Below are positions 44,828-53,341 of a DNA stretch of 55,116 nt, one piece after another; within the stretch, counting starts at the first letter, position 1, and every line of letters begins with the position of its first letter. Below the pieces are notes generated by a model, which was not told the DNA's origin, ran no database searches, and saw only the letters and a program-made list of their open reading frames with translations. The translations under genes and the position numbers were made by a program. Source of the DNA: a virus (taxonomy: Duplodnaviria; Caudoviricetes). The stretch is taken from positions 1 through 55,116 of the IMG/VR virus record IMGVR_UViG_3300012930_000005; one strand, written 5' to 3'.

Positions 44828-44992
44828 TCAATCACCCTTTCTAAGTTGAGAAACCTTGTTGATCCAAGCGGAGAAAGCTCCGCACTCTTTGCAGCGTCTT
44901 GGCTTGCCGGAGTCGCTCACCATGCGGTTGTGGCAGGTGATGCACTCGAACACTTCCCAGACGCGGGGAACAACCTTCTTACGCCGCCGCAT
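44828..44992 (-). CDS. Zinc-ribbon mini-protein (54 aa)
   Basis: FECITC...RRCKECG. Confidence 0.6.
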   Translation of the reverse strand: MRRRKKVVPRVWEVFECITCHNRMVSDSGKPRRCKECGAFSAWINKVSQLRKGD

Positions 44993-45386
44993 AAGCCGCT
45001 TCCACGACCCTTACAGCACGTGCCACATTCTGTAGCTCTCTGAAAACTTCATCCTTCTTATCGCGGGAAAAGGAATCTCCGAGCATCTGTCTCTCTTCAC
45101 ACAGGTAATCCAGAACCCGCTGTAGCTTCTGGCACGCGTAAGCCGATGGAGTAACGAGAACCCACACGGAGTTACCATTCTTCAGGTCGCCGCCCATGAT
45201 ATCGCCGTGGTGCTGGCTATTCCACTGATGTAGCTCACACAGCCTTAGAGCGGCAGCGCGATGGTTGCTGTCAAGGCTGAGACAGTGATCGTAAGGAACC
45301 GTCACGCTACCGGCCCAGGCCGTCGCTTTGATACGTGAGCCCTTCGTGTTTGTGGGGCCAATGTACTTCGTCTCGATAGCTTGCAT
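44979..45386 (-). CDS. Conserved phage hypothetical protein
   Basis: MQAIETKYIGPTNTKGSRIKA...NHRAAA motif. Confidence 0.75.
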   Translation of the reverse strand: MQAIETKYIGPTNTKGSRIKATAWAGSVTVPYDHCLSLDSNHRAAALRLCELHQWNSQHHGDIMGGDLKNGNSVWVLVTPSAYACQKLQRVLDYLCEERQMLGDSFSRDKKDEVFRELQNVARAVRVVEAAYAAA

Positions 45387-45544
45387 TACCGCACCTCCAC
45401 TACAAAGCGCTCACTGCCGTGATACATCTCATACTGCGTAGCTTCGTGCAGATTCAGAGCACGCGCCATCTGATCAGCGTGGTATTGAGTGTAGTAAATA
45501 CGCTCCGCAATCTTGCTCAGGCTGTCTTTGACTATGTATTTCAT
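45386..45544 (-). CDS. Hypothetical protein (52 aa), first gene of the leftward operon
   Basis: RBS ggagag; TAATG coupling to the next gene. Confidence 0.6.
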   Translation of the reverse strand: MKYIVKDSLSKIAERIYYTQYHADQMARALNLHEATQYEMYHGSERFVVEVR

Positions 45545-45580
45545 CTCGTCTCTCCGTATCGCTCAATCTGCGACTTCCAA

Positions 45581-45612
45581 TGTATAGCGAAATGTTGCAC
45601 ACCGTGTCAACA
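45581..45612 (-). promoter_or_regulatory. Leftward promoter overlapped by an imperfect palindrome
   Basis: TTGACA-18bp-TATACA on the minus strand; tgttgcacac-c-gtgtcaaca. Confidence 0.55.
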
Positions 45613-45653
45613 AAATAATATACAAACACTGAAAATAGTTCTAATATCGGTCT

Positions 45654-45959
45654 ATGACTGATAAAGAGGTACTGGCGGGAATCATCAAAAAGATGCGCGG
45701 AACCACCACAATGGCCGCGTTTGGAGCGAAGTACGGGGTGAAGCGTGCAGCGGTCTACAACTGGGAAACTGCACGCTCCGCACCGTCTGACGAGATACTG
45801 AAGCTAATGAAGATCGAGCGTCTATATCAGGTAACAGAGGACGGCTTCACTAGCTGGCACTATCCAGATGGAGGTGTGATCTTCCAAACCGGGACGCGAG
45901 AGCCGCAAGTGCTGTATTGGTCAAAGAACAGTGATCTTGATAAGTTGCCGGAGATGTAA
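45654..45959 (+). CDS. Cro/XRE-like HTH regulator
   Basis: TMAAFGAKYGVKRAAVYNWETARSAPS. Confidence 0.78.
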   Translation: MTDKEVLAGIIKKMRGTTTMAAFGAKYGVKRAAVYNWETARSAPSDEILKLMKIERLYQVTEDGFTSWHYPDGGVIFQTGTREPQVLYWSKNSDLDKLPEM

Positions 45960-45961
45960 TA

Positions 45962-45992
45962 AGAAACCCCTCGATTAGAGGGGTTTTCTGTT
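45962..45992. terminator. Bidirectional intrinsic terminator
   Basis: aaacccctc-gatta-gaggggttt between convergent genes. Confidence 0.8.
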
Positions 45993-46540
45993 TAGCGACA
46001 CTTCGTAGCCAGTTCACACAACCACTCGGCTAACAATGGCGGTGTAGCCTCTCGTTCTCTCTTCGTGACTTCGAGCCGGCTCTTATCGGAGGAAGCTATA
46101 ACGTGAGTCGCATATCCAAGGGTGAGAGGCCAACTAGGGACATCTTCAGGAGAGCAACCAACGATGTAAAGCCAAGTCGCCTTCTCTGCTTTGTGGCCGA
46201 ACCAATATTGAAGTATCGGAAGTGTCCAGCCGCCATAGATATCGAAGTTTCCAGGTAAAGGGAGTCGTTGATCTTCCCACAGCTTGGAGCCCTTGGGATG
46301 CTCCAAAACGCCGCCATTCTCGCGCACCATCCGAACGGCGAAGCGTGCCAGGTCCATCTCGTCCACTCGCGGGTTAGCAAAGTGTCTAAGACGGCCCCAG
46401 GCTCGGCAAGGTGGATGAGCGATACATGGATTACCGTTTCGCCAATTGCGCGCATCACGCTCGATATCCCATACGTCACACTGCGGCATCGTCTTATAGA
46501 CGCTGTCGGAGCGTGCGAATAGGACGGTGATCTTATCCAC
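45992..46540 (-). CDS. Short C5 cytosine methyltransferase-like protein
   Basis: IAHPPC (motif IV), VLEHP (motif VI-like), Q.WFGH..EKATWLY, RE.TP..LAEWL. Confidence 0.68.
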   Translation of the reverse strand: MDKITVLFARSDSVYKTMPQCDVWDIERDARNWRNGNPCIAHPPCRAWGRLRHFANPRVDEMDLARFAVRMVRENGGVLEHPKGSKLWEDQRLPLPGNFDIYGGWTLPILQYWFGHKAEKATWLYIVGCSPEDVPSWPLTLGYATHVIASSDKSRLEVTKREREATPPLLAEWLCELATKCR

Positions 46541-46970
46541 GTTCAGCCGTCCTTTCTGCACGTCTAAGCAGCTTCCACGCGGGTATGCCGAGAGCGTCTC
46601 CAAACCGCAATAGAGACTCTAGATTAGGTTCAACGAGTCCACCTTCGACTCTTGTGACATAAGAGCGAACGACGCCCATCTTCTCTGCTAACTGGCGCTG
46701 ATTGAGCTTTGCCAGTTCACGCGCAAGCTTGATGGTTTGACCGATGTTGATCAGAGCTACAGGCTTAGAGCGCTTCGCGTTACGCGCTTTAGGCCGTGAA
46801 AGAGAAGAAACGTCAGAGAGAGCCGCAACTCTATTCGCAACGTGCTCTATGCGTTCTGCAAGCGTTCTCGGCATGACATAGCCGAAACGCTGATTATATG
46901 GAGCACCCTGCCACGGTGGGACAGGACGCAATAGGTTCTCGCTTGGCGCGTAAGTATCAATCTTGCTCAT
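46533..46970 (-). CDS. XRE-family HTH regulator
   Basis: IKLARELAKLNQRQLAEKMGVVRSYVTRVEGGLVEPNLESL. Confidence 0.88.
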   Translation of the reverse strand: MSKIDTYAPSENLLRPVPPWQGAPYNQRFGYVMPRTLAERIEHVANRVAALSDVSSLSRPKARNAKRSKPVALINIGQTIKLARELAKLNQRQLAEKMGVVRSYVTRVEGGLVEPNLESLLRFGDALGIPAWKLLRRAERTAERG

Positions 46971-47143
46971 CTGTCACCTCCAAAAACCATAAGCGAAAGC
47001 ATTCCAGTAATCCCCGCGACCACCAATGCGAAGAAAAACACGGCAAGATGCTCATGACGTGTGATATCTGAGCCCATGCAGCAAAGTAGGCTTATCCACA
47101 TGAAACAAGCAACCACTTTGAATGGAGTATCAGTCCTGTTCAT
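46967..47143 (-). CDS. Small 2-TM membrane protein (58 aa)
   Basis: RBS gaggtg; two hydrophobic segments; ATGA coupling. Confidence 0.55.
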   Translation of the reverse strand: MNRTDTPFKVVACFMWISLLCCMGSDITRHEHLAVFFFALVVAGITGMLSLMVFGGDR

Positions 47144-47651
47144 AGATCACCTCTCGATCTACAGCCGGAGACTCGAAAGCATCCTGAGCTGGCTTTGGGT
47201 TACGTGGTGGTAGATCAGAAGCACGCTTTACGCCTTTGATCTTCGTGAGTGTTCCCACTCTCTGAGCCTTGCTGGTAAGTACTTCGTGCAATGGTGAATC
47301 CGGCCCAATCTCCACCATCTCGCGTGGTTCGTCAAACACCTTCGCAATGGCCGAAAGCCGCACAGCGTCGTGCTGTAGCTTATCAACTCCTTTGAACACA
47401 ATGGCCGCTTCCTGCTGTACAACCGGCAAAGAACCGCGCTCATGTGGGTTTACGCCCGAAAGCCGCGCAGAAGAGAACCCTGCTCGTAAGTCAGTAGACT
47501 CCGAACTCTTCACAAACTTCCCCCCCAACTGAACAGCTATGTTCAGGTTCGCTATGATCCACTCGCGTAACGATATGCCCGCATCTAGCGCATTCGCCTT
47601 CATTTCACGTATCAACTCAACATCTACATCCCTTACATTCAAGTTGCCCAT
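47130..47651 (-). CDS. Ribbon-helix-helix (FitA/Arc-like) N-terminal domain protein
   Basis: MGNLNVRDVDVELIREMKANALDAGISLREWII; RBS gagg. Confidence 0.72.
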   Translation of the reverse strand: MGNLNVRDVDVELIREMKANALDAGISLREWIIANLNIAVQLGGKFVKSSESTDLRAGFSSARLSGVNPHERGSLPVVQQEAAIVFKGVDKLQHDAVRLSAIAKVFDEPREMVEIGPDSPLHEVLTSKAQRVGTLTKIKGVKRASDLPPRNPKPAQDAFESPAVDREVIYEQD

Positions 47652-48137
47652 CTTGTTATCCTCTCTTCTCTTGATTCACAACATGCACAAGATAACACAC
47701 TCCACCATGTTTACCATTGTTACTTCATCAAACCCCGCAGGTTCAGGAGCAGAAAGCAGTATTCGCCTCTCTACGATCTTTTGACGCTTATCGTAGAACC
47801 AAACCATGAGAAGAGCGCGATGTCCTGAGACGTGAGAGTGCGACGGTGTCCGAGAGGGCTTGAACTGGTGTTATCTGCAGGTGACCACCCCGTAGATCGC
47901 TGATTCCCCAGATAGAGCGATTCCCACGTGCCGGAGGGTGCTAGGCGATGTCGAAGGAGTAATCCTCTAGGCCATTGGTTGGCACGAAGAGTTGGAGGTT
48001 GTCCGGCCCCACGGCCTGAAAGAAAAGTCTTAGACGGGTTCTGTTCGATCACACACAGAAATGGTCTTTGGGGCGGAATGTAGGAATTGGTTAGGAATAT
48101 GGGAGTGTACCTAATTTTTTTAGTAGGTAGAAGGTTG

Positions 48138-48167
48138 TTGACGTGGGTATAGGAAGAGGATAGGAAT
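48138..48167 (+). promoter_or_regulatory. Rightward promoter
   Basis: TTGACG-17bp-TAGGAA(T) upstream of 48177. Confidence 0.45.
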
Positions 48168-48176
48168 AGAGGGGAG

Positions 48177-48542
48177 ATGAAGAGATTGGTATTGAAGCCT
48201 CGGAGTGACGGGATAAGCCGGATGGAGATGGGGAGACTTATGGCCTTTGACGAGTGTTACGTGGAGAAGTGGGAACCGAGGGTAGGATGGACGAGGTTAT
48301 GGACTCAGGGGTGTGTGTTGGACGAGGAGACTGCGTTTTACTTTGCGGAAAAGTATCGCGGAGTGGTTGCGCCGTATGTGAATGTGAGGGTGGTGGATGC
48401 TTACGGGCATGAGCGGCGTCAGGGCGTCTCTCGTGACCTTCCAGTAGCGATTGAGAGCGTTGGTGGCATCTCGATGGAGATCATGGGTCTGGAGCCGACT
48501 ACCTGGCCTACGTATGGTGGGTTGAAGAGAGGTGAGGAATGA
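48177..48542 (+). CDS. Hypothetical protein
   Basis: RBS gagggg. Confidence 0.65.
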   Translation: MKRLVLKPRSDGISRMEMGRLMAFDECYVEKWEPRVGWTRLWTQGCVLDEETAFYFAEKYRGVVAPYVNVRVVDAYGHERRQGVSRDLPVAIESVGGISMEIMGLEPTTWPTYGGLKRGEE

Positions 48543-48904
48543 GACAGGTATGTTTTTACTCTGAGAACTTGGGTCGCAACACCGTCATGGTTGATGCGGA
48601 GCAGATTGAGGCTGTTCTCAACAACGGGGTTGGAGATTCGATGCTTTGCATGAAGTCTGGAGACCGGCTGTACATCCCAGAACCTGTCGATGTTGTTCTG
48701 ATGATGATCGGTTGGAAGACGAGGATGCAACTTGAACTTGAGAAACGGACCAGAGAGGATTACAGGGACTTTCAAAACCAGATGGAGTGCAAGGTTGGCT
48801 ACGGGAAGGACGAGATGCCTCTACCTGACTTGAACAGGGCCAGCGGTAAACCGACGCCAGCGATCTGGGAAAGGCCGAAAGAAGATGACGACATCCCGTT
48901 CTAG
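48539..48904 (+). CDS. FlbD/SwrD-like N-domain protein with SSB-type C-terminal tail
   Basis: VDAEQIEAV...LCMKSGDRLYIPEPVDVV; ends EDDDIPF. Confidence 0.6.
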   Translation: MRQVCFYSENLGRNTVMVDAEQIEAVLNNGVGDSMLCMKSGDRLYIPEPVDVVLMMIGWKTRMQLELEKRTREDYRDFQNQMECKVGYGKDEMPLPDLNRASGKPTPAIWERPKEDDDIPF

Positions 48905-49286
48905 ACAACTCGGAGACGGAGAGAAGCCAAAGGCGATTGAGCCGACTGAGGTGTTCTCTCCTGGTAGCGAGCACCACATCGACGCGGCCGAAGTGGAGAG
49001 AATCCAATCCCAAGAGGAATACTTGCGGAAGATGAGATGGGCTCAAGAGGAAGCCTGTCGAAGGGCAGGAGTAGATTTTGGAGGTTCATACCAGGTCTGG
49101 ACGAATACACCTCATTGGCATAATAGGCAGGACAGACCTGCGGAGACGGTCGAGGTAAGGCTTCCAGTTCAGAGAAAAGATTTCGGAAAACCTGTTGATT
49201 CAAACGAAGATCCTCTCCCAGAGTTCAGTATCAGGCAGGTTTACATGGACATTGAAGAAGCAAAGAGGAAGTTAGGTATCAAGTGA
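48885..49286 (+). CDS. Hypothetical protein
   Basis: ORF in operon. Confidence 0.55.
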   Translation: MTTSRSRQLGDGEKPKAIEPTEVFSPGSEHHIDAAEVERIQSQEEYLRKMRWAQEEACRRAGVDFGGSYQVWTNTPHWHNRQDRPAETVEVRLPVQRKDFGKPVDSNEDPLPEFSIRQVYMDIEEAKRKLGIK

Positions 49287-49426
49287 ATCATTGGGATTGG
49301 TTTTGGAGAGACAAACGCGATATGCGCGACAAGTTCTCAGGCAGGTCGATCTATCGCAACGGCTCAGAGGTGATCGCGGTCATCTGGATGTTCTGGAGAG
49401 TTTCTGTCGGTTGGTTCAAGGAGTAG
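49283..49426 (+). CDS. Small Trp-rich hypothetical protein (47 aa)
   Basis: GTGA coupling; MNHWDWFWRDKR... Confidence 0.45.
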   Translation: MNHWDWFWRDKRDMRDKFSGRSIYRNGSEVIAVIWMFWRVSVGWFKE

Positions 49427-49428
49427 AG

Positions 49429-49635
49429 ATGGAAGACGATTCGGTCGCGTACACAATCAAGCAGACCCTACCTCCAGAACTTGAGTATCGGTTCCTGAAG
49501 ATGCTGGACAAGTGGGCTTCCTACATAACAATCGACAACACCACGGGAAGGCTAGTTGGTTACGGGATACCGAAGAATCAGAACGAGAACTTCATGTTCT
49601 GGCTGTACGTGAGCGTTATGGATAGCGAGGAGTAA
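49429..49635 (+). CDS. Hypothetical protein
   Basis: RBS aaggag before ATG 49429. Confidence 0.6.
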   Translation: MEDDSVAYTIKQTLPPELEYRFLKMLDKWASYITIDNTTGRLVGYGIPKNQNENFMFWLYVSVMDSEE

Positions 49636-49637
49636 TC

Positions 49638-49778
49638 ATGATCTGGAAAATGGTTCTGTTCAATCTGCTGTCCTACATCATCGGAAACCTTCTGGGATAT
49701 CGAGCTGGTTACAGGAGAGCGAACAGCGACAAGGAAGAGCTGAAGCGATATCTGCAGGGAAGGTTTCGAGATAGGTAA
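49638..49778 (+). CDS. Small single-TM protein (46 aa)
   Basis: RBS gaggag; MIWKMVLFNLLSYIIGNLLG. Confidence 0.55.
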   Translation: MIWKMVLFNLLSYIIGNLLGYRAGYRRANSDKEELKRYLQGRFRDR

Positions 49779-49782
49779 ACAC

Positions 49783-49911
49783 ATGTGGAAGCGATTCGCA
49801 GCATTCATGATCGGAGTTCCATTGTGTCCTGTCTGTAACGGGCAACTTCACTTCAAGCATGGTACCTGGGCGTGCAGAGAGTTCTGCGACCCATACGAGG
49901 AGAGAGACTAG
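49783..49911 (+). CDS. Zinc-ribbon mini-protein (42 aa)
   Basis: LCPVCNG...WACREFC. Confidence 0.55.
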   Translation: MWKRFAAFMIGVPLCPVCNGQLHFKHGTWACREFCDPYEERD

Positions 49912-50619
49912 ATGACACCACTGAAGAGACAGATGATGATCGTGTTCGTATCGTTCCTGGCGTGCATCCTGGCGATAGGCGTGTGTTGCTCTGTGTCGCG
50001 CTCACAGACGAAGAGTGTGGTTACGCCTCCGGTTGACCCTGGAATATCTCATCACGAAGACAATGAGCTAAAGGTAGAAAACGAGCTAAATGTCAAAGGT
50101 AAATTGACGTGGGCAACGGCCGATGGGTTAGGAAGCAGTTTGAAGATAGATGCAGAGGTTCCTAAAGCAACGGCTGTGGTTATTGAGGGAGAAGGAGTAG
50201 CGAACACTGTCACGGTTCCCAAAGGAAGCTACATCGTGGTGATCACACCACCACCTCAACCATTGGTGCTAGAGACTCAAGATCCTAAGAACACTCCGAT
50301 ATATACGCCACGGGTTGTTCCTGGGTTATTCAATTCAGAAATAGAAAACAGATCGATGGTTGGTGGTGGAGTTCCGCCGGTACCGACGTTCCTAGTTACT
50401 GCGGACAAAACAAAGACTGAGATTACCGTAAGGGCTTTTTGTCCTACAGGGTATATCGTCGAACTCCCTTATCTCGGATGGACTGAGAACGCTCCTGAGA
50501 GGTTGCAAGCCATATTGAACTCTAAATGCGAAACGTCCAGATTCGTTCGGCCAGGTGACATGACTCCCACACTAACATTCACATTGAATCTGCGGAATTG
50601 GTCGAAGGAAAAGAAGTGA
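49912..50619 (+). CDS. Exported/membrane-anchored hypothetical protein
   Basis: N-terminal signal-like segment; RBS gaggag. Confidence 0.65.
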   Translation: MTPLKRQMMIVFVSFLACILAIGVCCSVSRSQTKSVVTPPVDPGISHHEDNELKVENELNVKGKLTWATADGLGSSLKIDAEVPKATAVVIEGEGVANTVTVPKGSYIVVITPPPQPLVLETQDPKNTPIYTPRVVPGLFNSEIENRSMVGGGVPPVPTFLVTADKTKTEITVRAFCPTGYIVELPYLGWTENAPERLQAILNSKCETSRFVRPGDMTPTLTFTLNLRNWSKEKK

Positions 50620-50705
50620 AAAGGCGATGGATGGAGGACGTAGCTCTCGCCATCTTCATCGCCCTGTGTTGGATGTACATCACGAACAGTTGAAAGAGGA
50701 GACAG

Positions 50706-50840
50706 ATGACTTTTGGAGATAAGTTAGCAATCAGAATACTTCTGCTGGTAGCACGCATGGTGGTATCGGAGGAGTGGAGACAGGACATAAAGGACACTGC
50801 AACACACATCAGCGTTCACGCGAAAGAGGTAGCTGCATGA
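50706..50840 (+). CDS. Hypothetical protein (44 aa)
   Basis: RBS gaggag; ATGA coupling. Confidence 0.55.
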   Translation: MTFGDKLAIRILLLVARMVVSEEWRQDIKDTATHISVHAKEVAA

Positions 50841-51025
50841 AACAGAGAATGACACAGAAGAATCTGGTACTGGGTGTCTACATCGGCGACAAGGACAGCG
50901 TTCGTCCAGGGCTCAACATCTGGTGGAAGGGTCGCTACATATGGCCGATGGGTGTGAAGAAGATCAAGGTCATCGTGGAAGCGCAGCAAGACCTTCCGCT
51001 TGGATCTGGAGAGGAGACAGCCTAA
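50837..51025 (+). CDS. Hypothetical protein
   Basis: RBS gaggt. Confidence 0.55.
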   Translation: MKQRMTQKNLVLGVYIGDKDSVRPGLNIWWKGRYIWPMGVKKIKVIVEAQQDLPLGSGEETA

Positions 51026-51459
51026 TGGGACTTTCTCAAAGCAGAGAATCTTCTATAGCGATAGAGAAGATTATCCTCGATAAAATATCCGTTCAACTAT
51101 CGGGAATAATCGAAGACTTCGGGCTCGACTTCAATGTGAAAGCGATGCCCCTTGTCGGTGAAGGAGCTGCCTATATTGGAGAGCAATTCGCGGTAGCTAT
51201 ACGAGCATATTTTATGGGAAGTGCAATCGAAGACAAACAGGAAACTAAGTCGATTCCATTCCCTAAAAATCCCTGGGAACACTTCAAATTGAAATACGCT
51301 CCCAAGTGGTTCAAGCGACGATGGCCGGTGAAGATGGATAACTTCTACTACATCTATCGCTACACGCAATACAACGTATGTCCTCACATAGGACCGATGA
51401 GGGACAACAGATCGCATGTGGAGTTCTTTCGAACGATCCATACAGAGAGGAGAGACTAA
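51025..51459 (+). CDS. Hypothetical protein
   Basis: TAATG coupling; P.NPWEHFK...PKWFKRRWPV motif. Confidence 0.65.
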   Translation: MGLSQSRESSIAIEKIILDKISVQLSGIIEDFGLDFNVKAMPLVGEGAAYIGEQFAVAIRAYFMGSAIEDKQETKSIPFPKNPWEHFKLKYAPKWFKRRWPVKMDNFYYIYRYTQYNVCPHIGPMRDNRSHVEFFRTIHTERRD

Positions 51460-51695
51460 TGGCAGGAGCACCAGCGAACACACCTTCAGAGAAGGCAGAT
51501 CGTAAGAAGAGAGCGCAACAGTGGAAGAGACTGCGTAAGCGCAACTTCCTTTCACAGAAGCACCTCTCTGAGCTTCTCGACGTATCGCACGCTACTGTGT
51601 GGCTGATCGAGAACGAACTTGTAACACCTCGATACAAGATACTCGCCACATTCGAGGCGTTGAAGAAGCAGTATGATCGAGAGGCCAGAGCATGA
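51459..51695 (+). CDS. XRE-family HTH protein
   Basis: LRKRNFLSQKHLSELLDVSHATVWLIENELVTP. Confidence 0.85.
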   Translation: MAGAPANTPSEKADRKKRAQQWKRLRKRNFLSQKHLSELLDVSHATVWLIENELVTPRYKILATFEALKKQYDREARA

Positions 51696-51964
51696 TTGAT
51701 CAGGTTCCAGAAGGATGGGAGTTGAAGCCGAGACATTTTTACGCTCGCATCAGTGAAGACATCTACGGTAACTTTGTCCACTCCTTCATCGCCTGGAAAA
51801 ACAATGTCAAGCATACGTTTTCTGCATATACGAGAGAAAAAGTTCCAAGCGAACGAACGATCAGAATAGCTACCCAGTGGTTCGAGAATCACAAGTGCAG
51901 CGGACCGAAGTGCAACTGGGACTCAATATCAACCTGGGAAGACCTAACAGAGGAGAACGAGTAA
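51692..51964 (+). CDS. Hypothetical protein
   Basis: ATGA coupling. Confidence 0.6.
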   Translation: MIDQVPEGWELKPRHFYARISEDIYGNFVHSFIAWKNNVKHTFSAYTREKVPSERTIRIATQWFENHKCSGPKCNWDSISTWEDLTEENE

Positions 51965-52365
51965 TGTCGATTACATTGAAGAAAGCAATTGGAGCTGCAG
52001 AGCTTCGCAAAGCGATCCTGTTCGATCTGGAGAAGTCGATGTGCCGCGACTGCAACCTGGCCGACCACATGTCGTATGGTTCAGCGAAGTTCAAGATACG
52101 TGTCGATGTAGAACTGTACGACGCCACCAGCGGGAAGGTAACCAACACAGCTCACGAAGCCAAGCTGCAGGAAGGCGAGATAACCGAAGACGAGGACGGC
52201 GAGAAGTACAACTTCGAACTCCTACGTGACCACCAGGGTCCGAACGAGCTACGCAAGGAAACAGAACAGGGTATTCCTACCCTAGTGAAGGATGAGGACG
52301 GCAAGGTCACAGAGAAAGCAATCACCTACCGTGACGCATCGTTTGCAGGTAAAAAGCGTAAGTAA
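51964..52365 (+). CDS. Hypothetical protein
   Basis: TAATG coupling, RBS gaggag. Confidence 0.7.
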   Translation: MSITLKKAIGAAELRKAILFDLEKSMCRDCNLADHMSYGSAKFKIRVDVELYDATSGKVTNTAHEAKLQEGEITEDEDGEKYNFELLRDHQGPNELRKETEQGIPTLVKDEDGKVTEKAITYRDASFAGKKRK

Positions 52366-52370
52366 TTGAG

Positions 52371-52449
52371 TTTCCGATAGGGAATTGCCTCCATATCGGG
52401 AGTAGTGGCAGGGAACACATTCTTCCAGGGGCGCGTTCCCTGCCCACTA
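52371..52449 (+). promoter_or_regulatory. Twin-hairpin RNA element upstream of the packaging operon
   Basis: Stems ttccgata/tatcggga and tagtggcagggaac/gttccctgcccacta. Confidence 0.55.
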
Positions 52450-52461
52450 AAAGGAGATGAC

Positions 52462-52764
52462 GTGGACGAACAACTGGCACTTGAAAAGGTACTTGAGCTA
52501 CTGGAAAAAATCTCCCAGGGGCTCGGAACTCTTGCTGCAGCGCAGATGGAGCGATGTAAGATCGAGGCACAGAGGCTCGCTCTAGAGTTCCCAGTGCGCG
52601 AGCAGAAAGAGGCCATCGTTGGCAAGGCCAAGTTCAAAGCTCACCGCGACACCAAAGTCCAGGGCGAAGTCGAAGCGGAAACCGGTGAAGAAGACTTCTT
52701 CAAGTACGCTCATCTTGGCCCCCGCGAAAGGGCGCTTCTCAAAAGGAATCCAGCGGCGGAATGA
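52462..52764 (+). CDS. Hypothetical protein
   Basis: GTG start after RBS aaaggag. Confidence 0.6.
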   Translation: MDEQLALEKVLELLEKISQGLGTLAAAQMERCKIEAQRLALEFPVREQKEAIVGKAKFKAHRDTKVQGEVEAETGEEDFFKYAHLGPRERALLKRNPAAE

Positions 52765-53341
52765 AGCCCTACGACGCATCGGCGTGACGCCGGAGCAGAT
52801 GCTAGGCAAGGCCATCATCACACCACAGCTCAAGATGGCAGTTGGTGGCCTCAAAGCCGTCCTAGAGGCTCTCAGGGCTTCGGAAGATGAGGACGCGGTA
52901 GCATTCCTCTCCAAGTACGACCAGGTACCTGTAGGTGACAGGGAGAAGCTCACATGGGAAGAGATTGCGGTTGCTGCAGGCATTTCACCGAAGGTTTTGA
53001 TGGGGGCATCCATGATTGCCCTACGCGATGTGCAGCAGAACACAGCGAGCATCATGGCGATGACGAACCATCCGAAGATAATGCAGAAGCGGATAGCGTT
53101 CGCAAAGCGCGAAGGCGGCGTGAGAGACAGAGACGCTATCGACACGCATCTTGGATTCCTACCGACTAAGAACGGGGCAGTGATCAACAACCGTATCCAG
53201 GTTGCTAACCTTCCAAGCGGTCCTAACGGAGATAGGGAAGAGCGGGAGATAGAGGTTCCGCAAGACCTGCAGATGATGGACGATGTACTACCGGAGTGGA
53301 ACAACATTCGAGTCAAGCTTCTGGAAGGGGCTCGTGACTAA
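52619..53341 (+). CDS. Terminase small subunit (putative)
   Basis: Directly upstream of and coupled to terL; HTH-like LTWEEIAVAAGISP; basic N-terminus. Confidence 0.6.
   Translation: MARPSSKLTATPKSRAKSKRKPVKKTSSSTLILAPAKGRFSKGIQRRNEALRRIGVTPEQMLGKAIITPQLKMAVGGLKAVLEALRASEDEDAVAFLSKYDQVPVGDREKLTWEEIAVAAGISPKVLMGASMIALRDVQQNTASIMAMTNHPKIMQKRIAFAKREGGVRDRDAIDTHLGFLPTKNGAVINNRIQVANLPSGPNGDREEREIEVPQDLQMMDDVLPEWNNIRVKLLEGARD

Noticed and set aside
47652-48176. tRNA or tmRNA gene in the intergenic gap
   Set aside because: No cloverleaf or T-loop GTTC(G/A)A with acceptor stem could be identified by eye
52582-53316. Long antisense ORFs (this one and e.g. 2836-3429, 3901-4443, 51311-51892)
   Set aside because: They shadow well-supported plus-strand genes and lack RBSs or recognisable motifs
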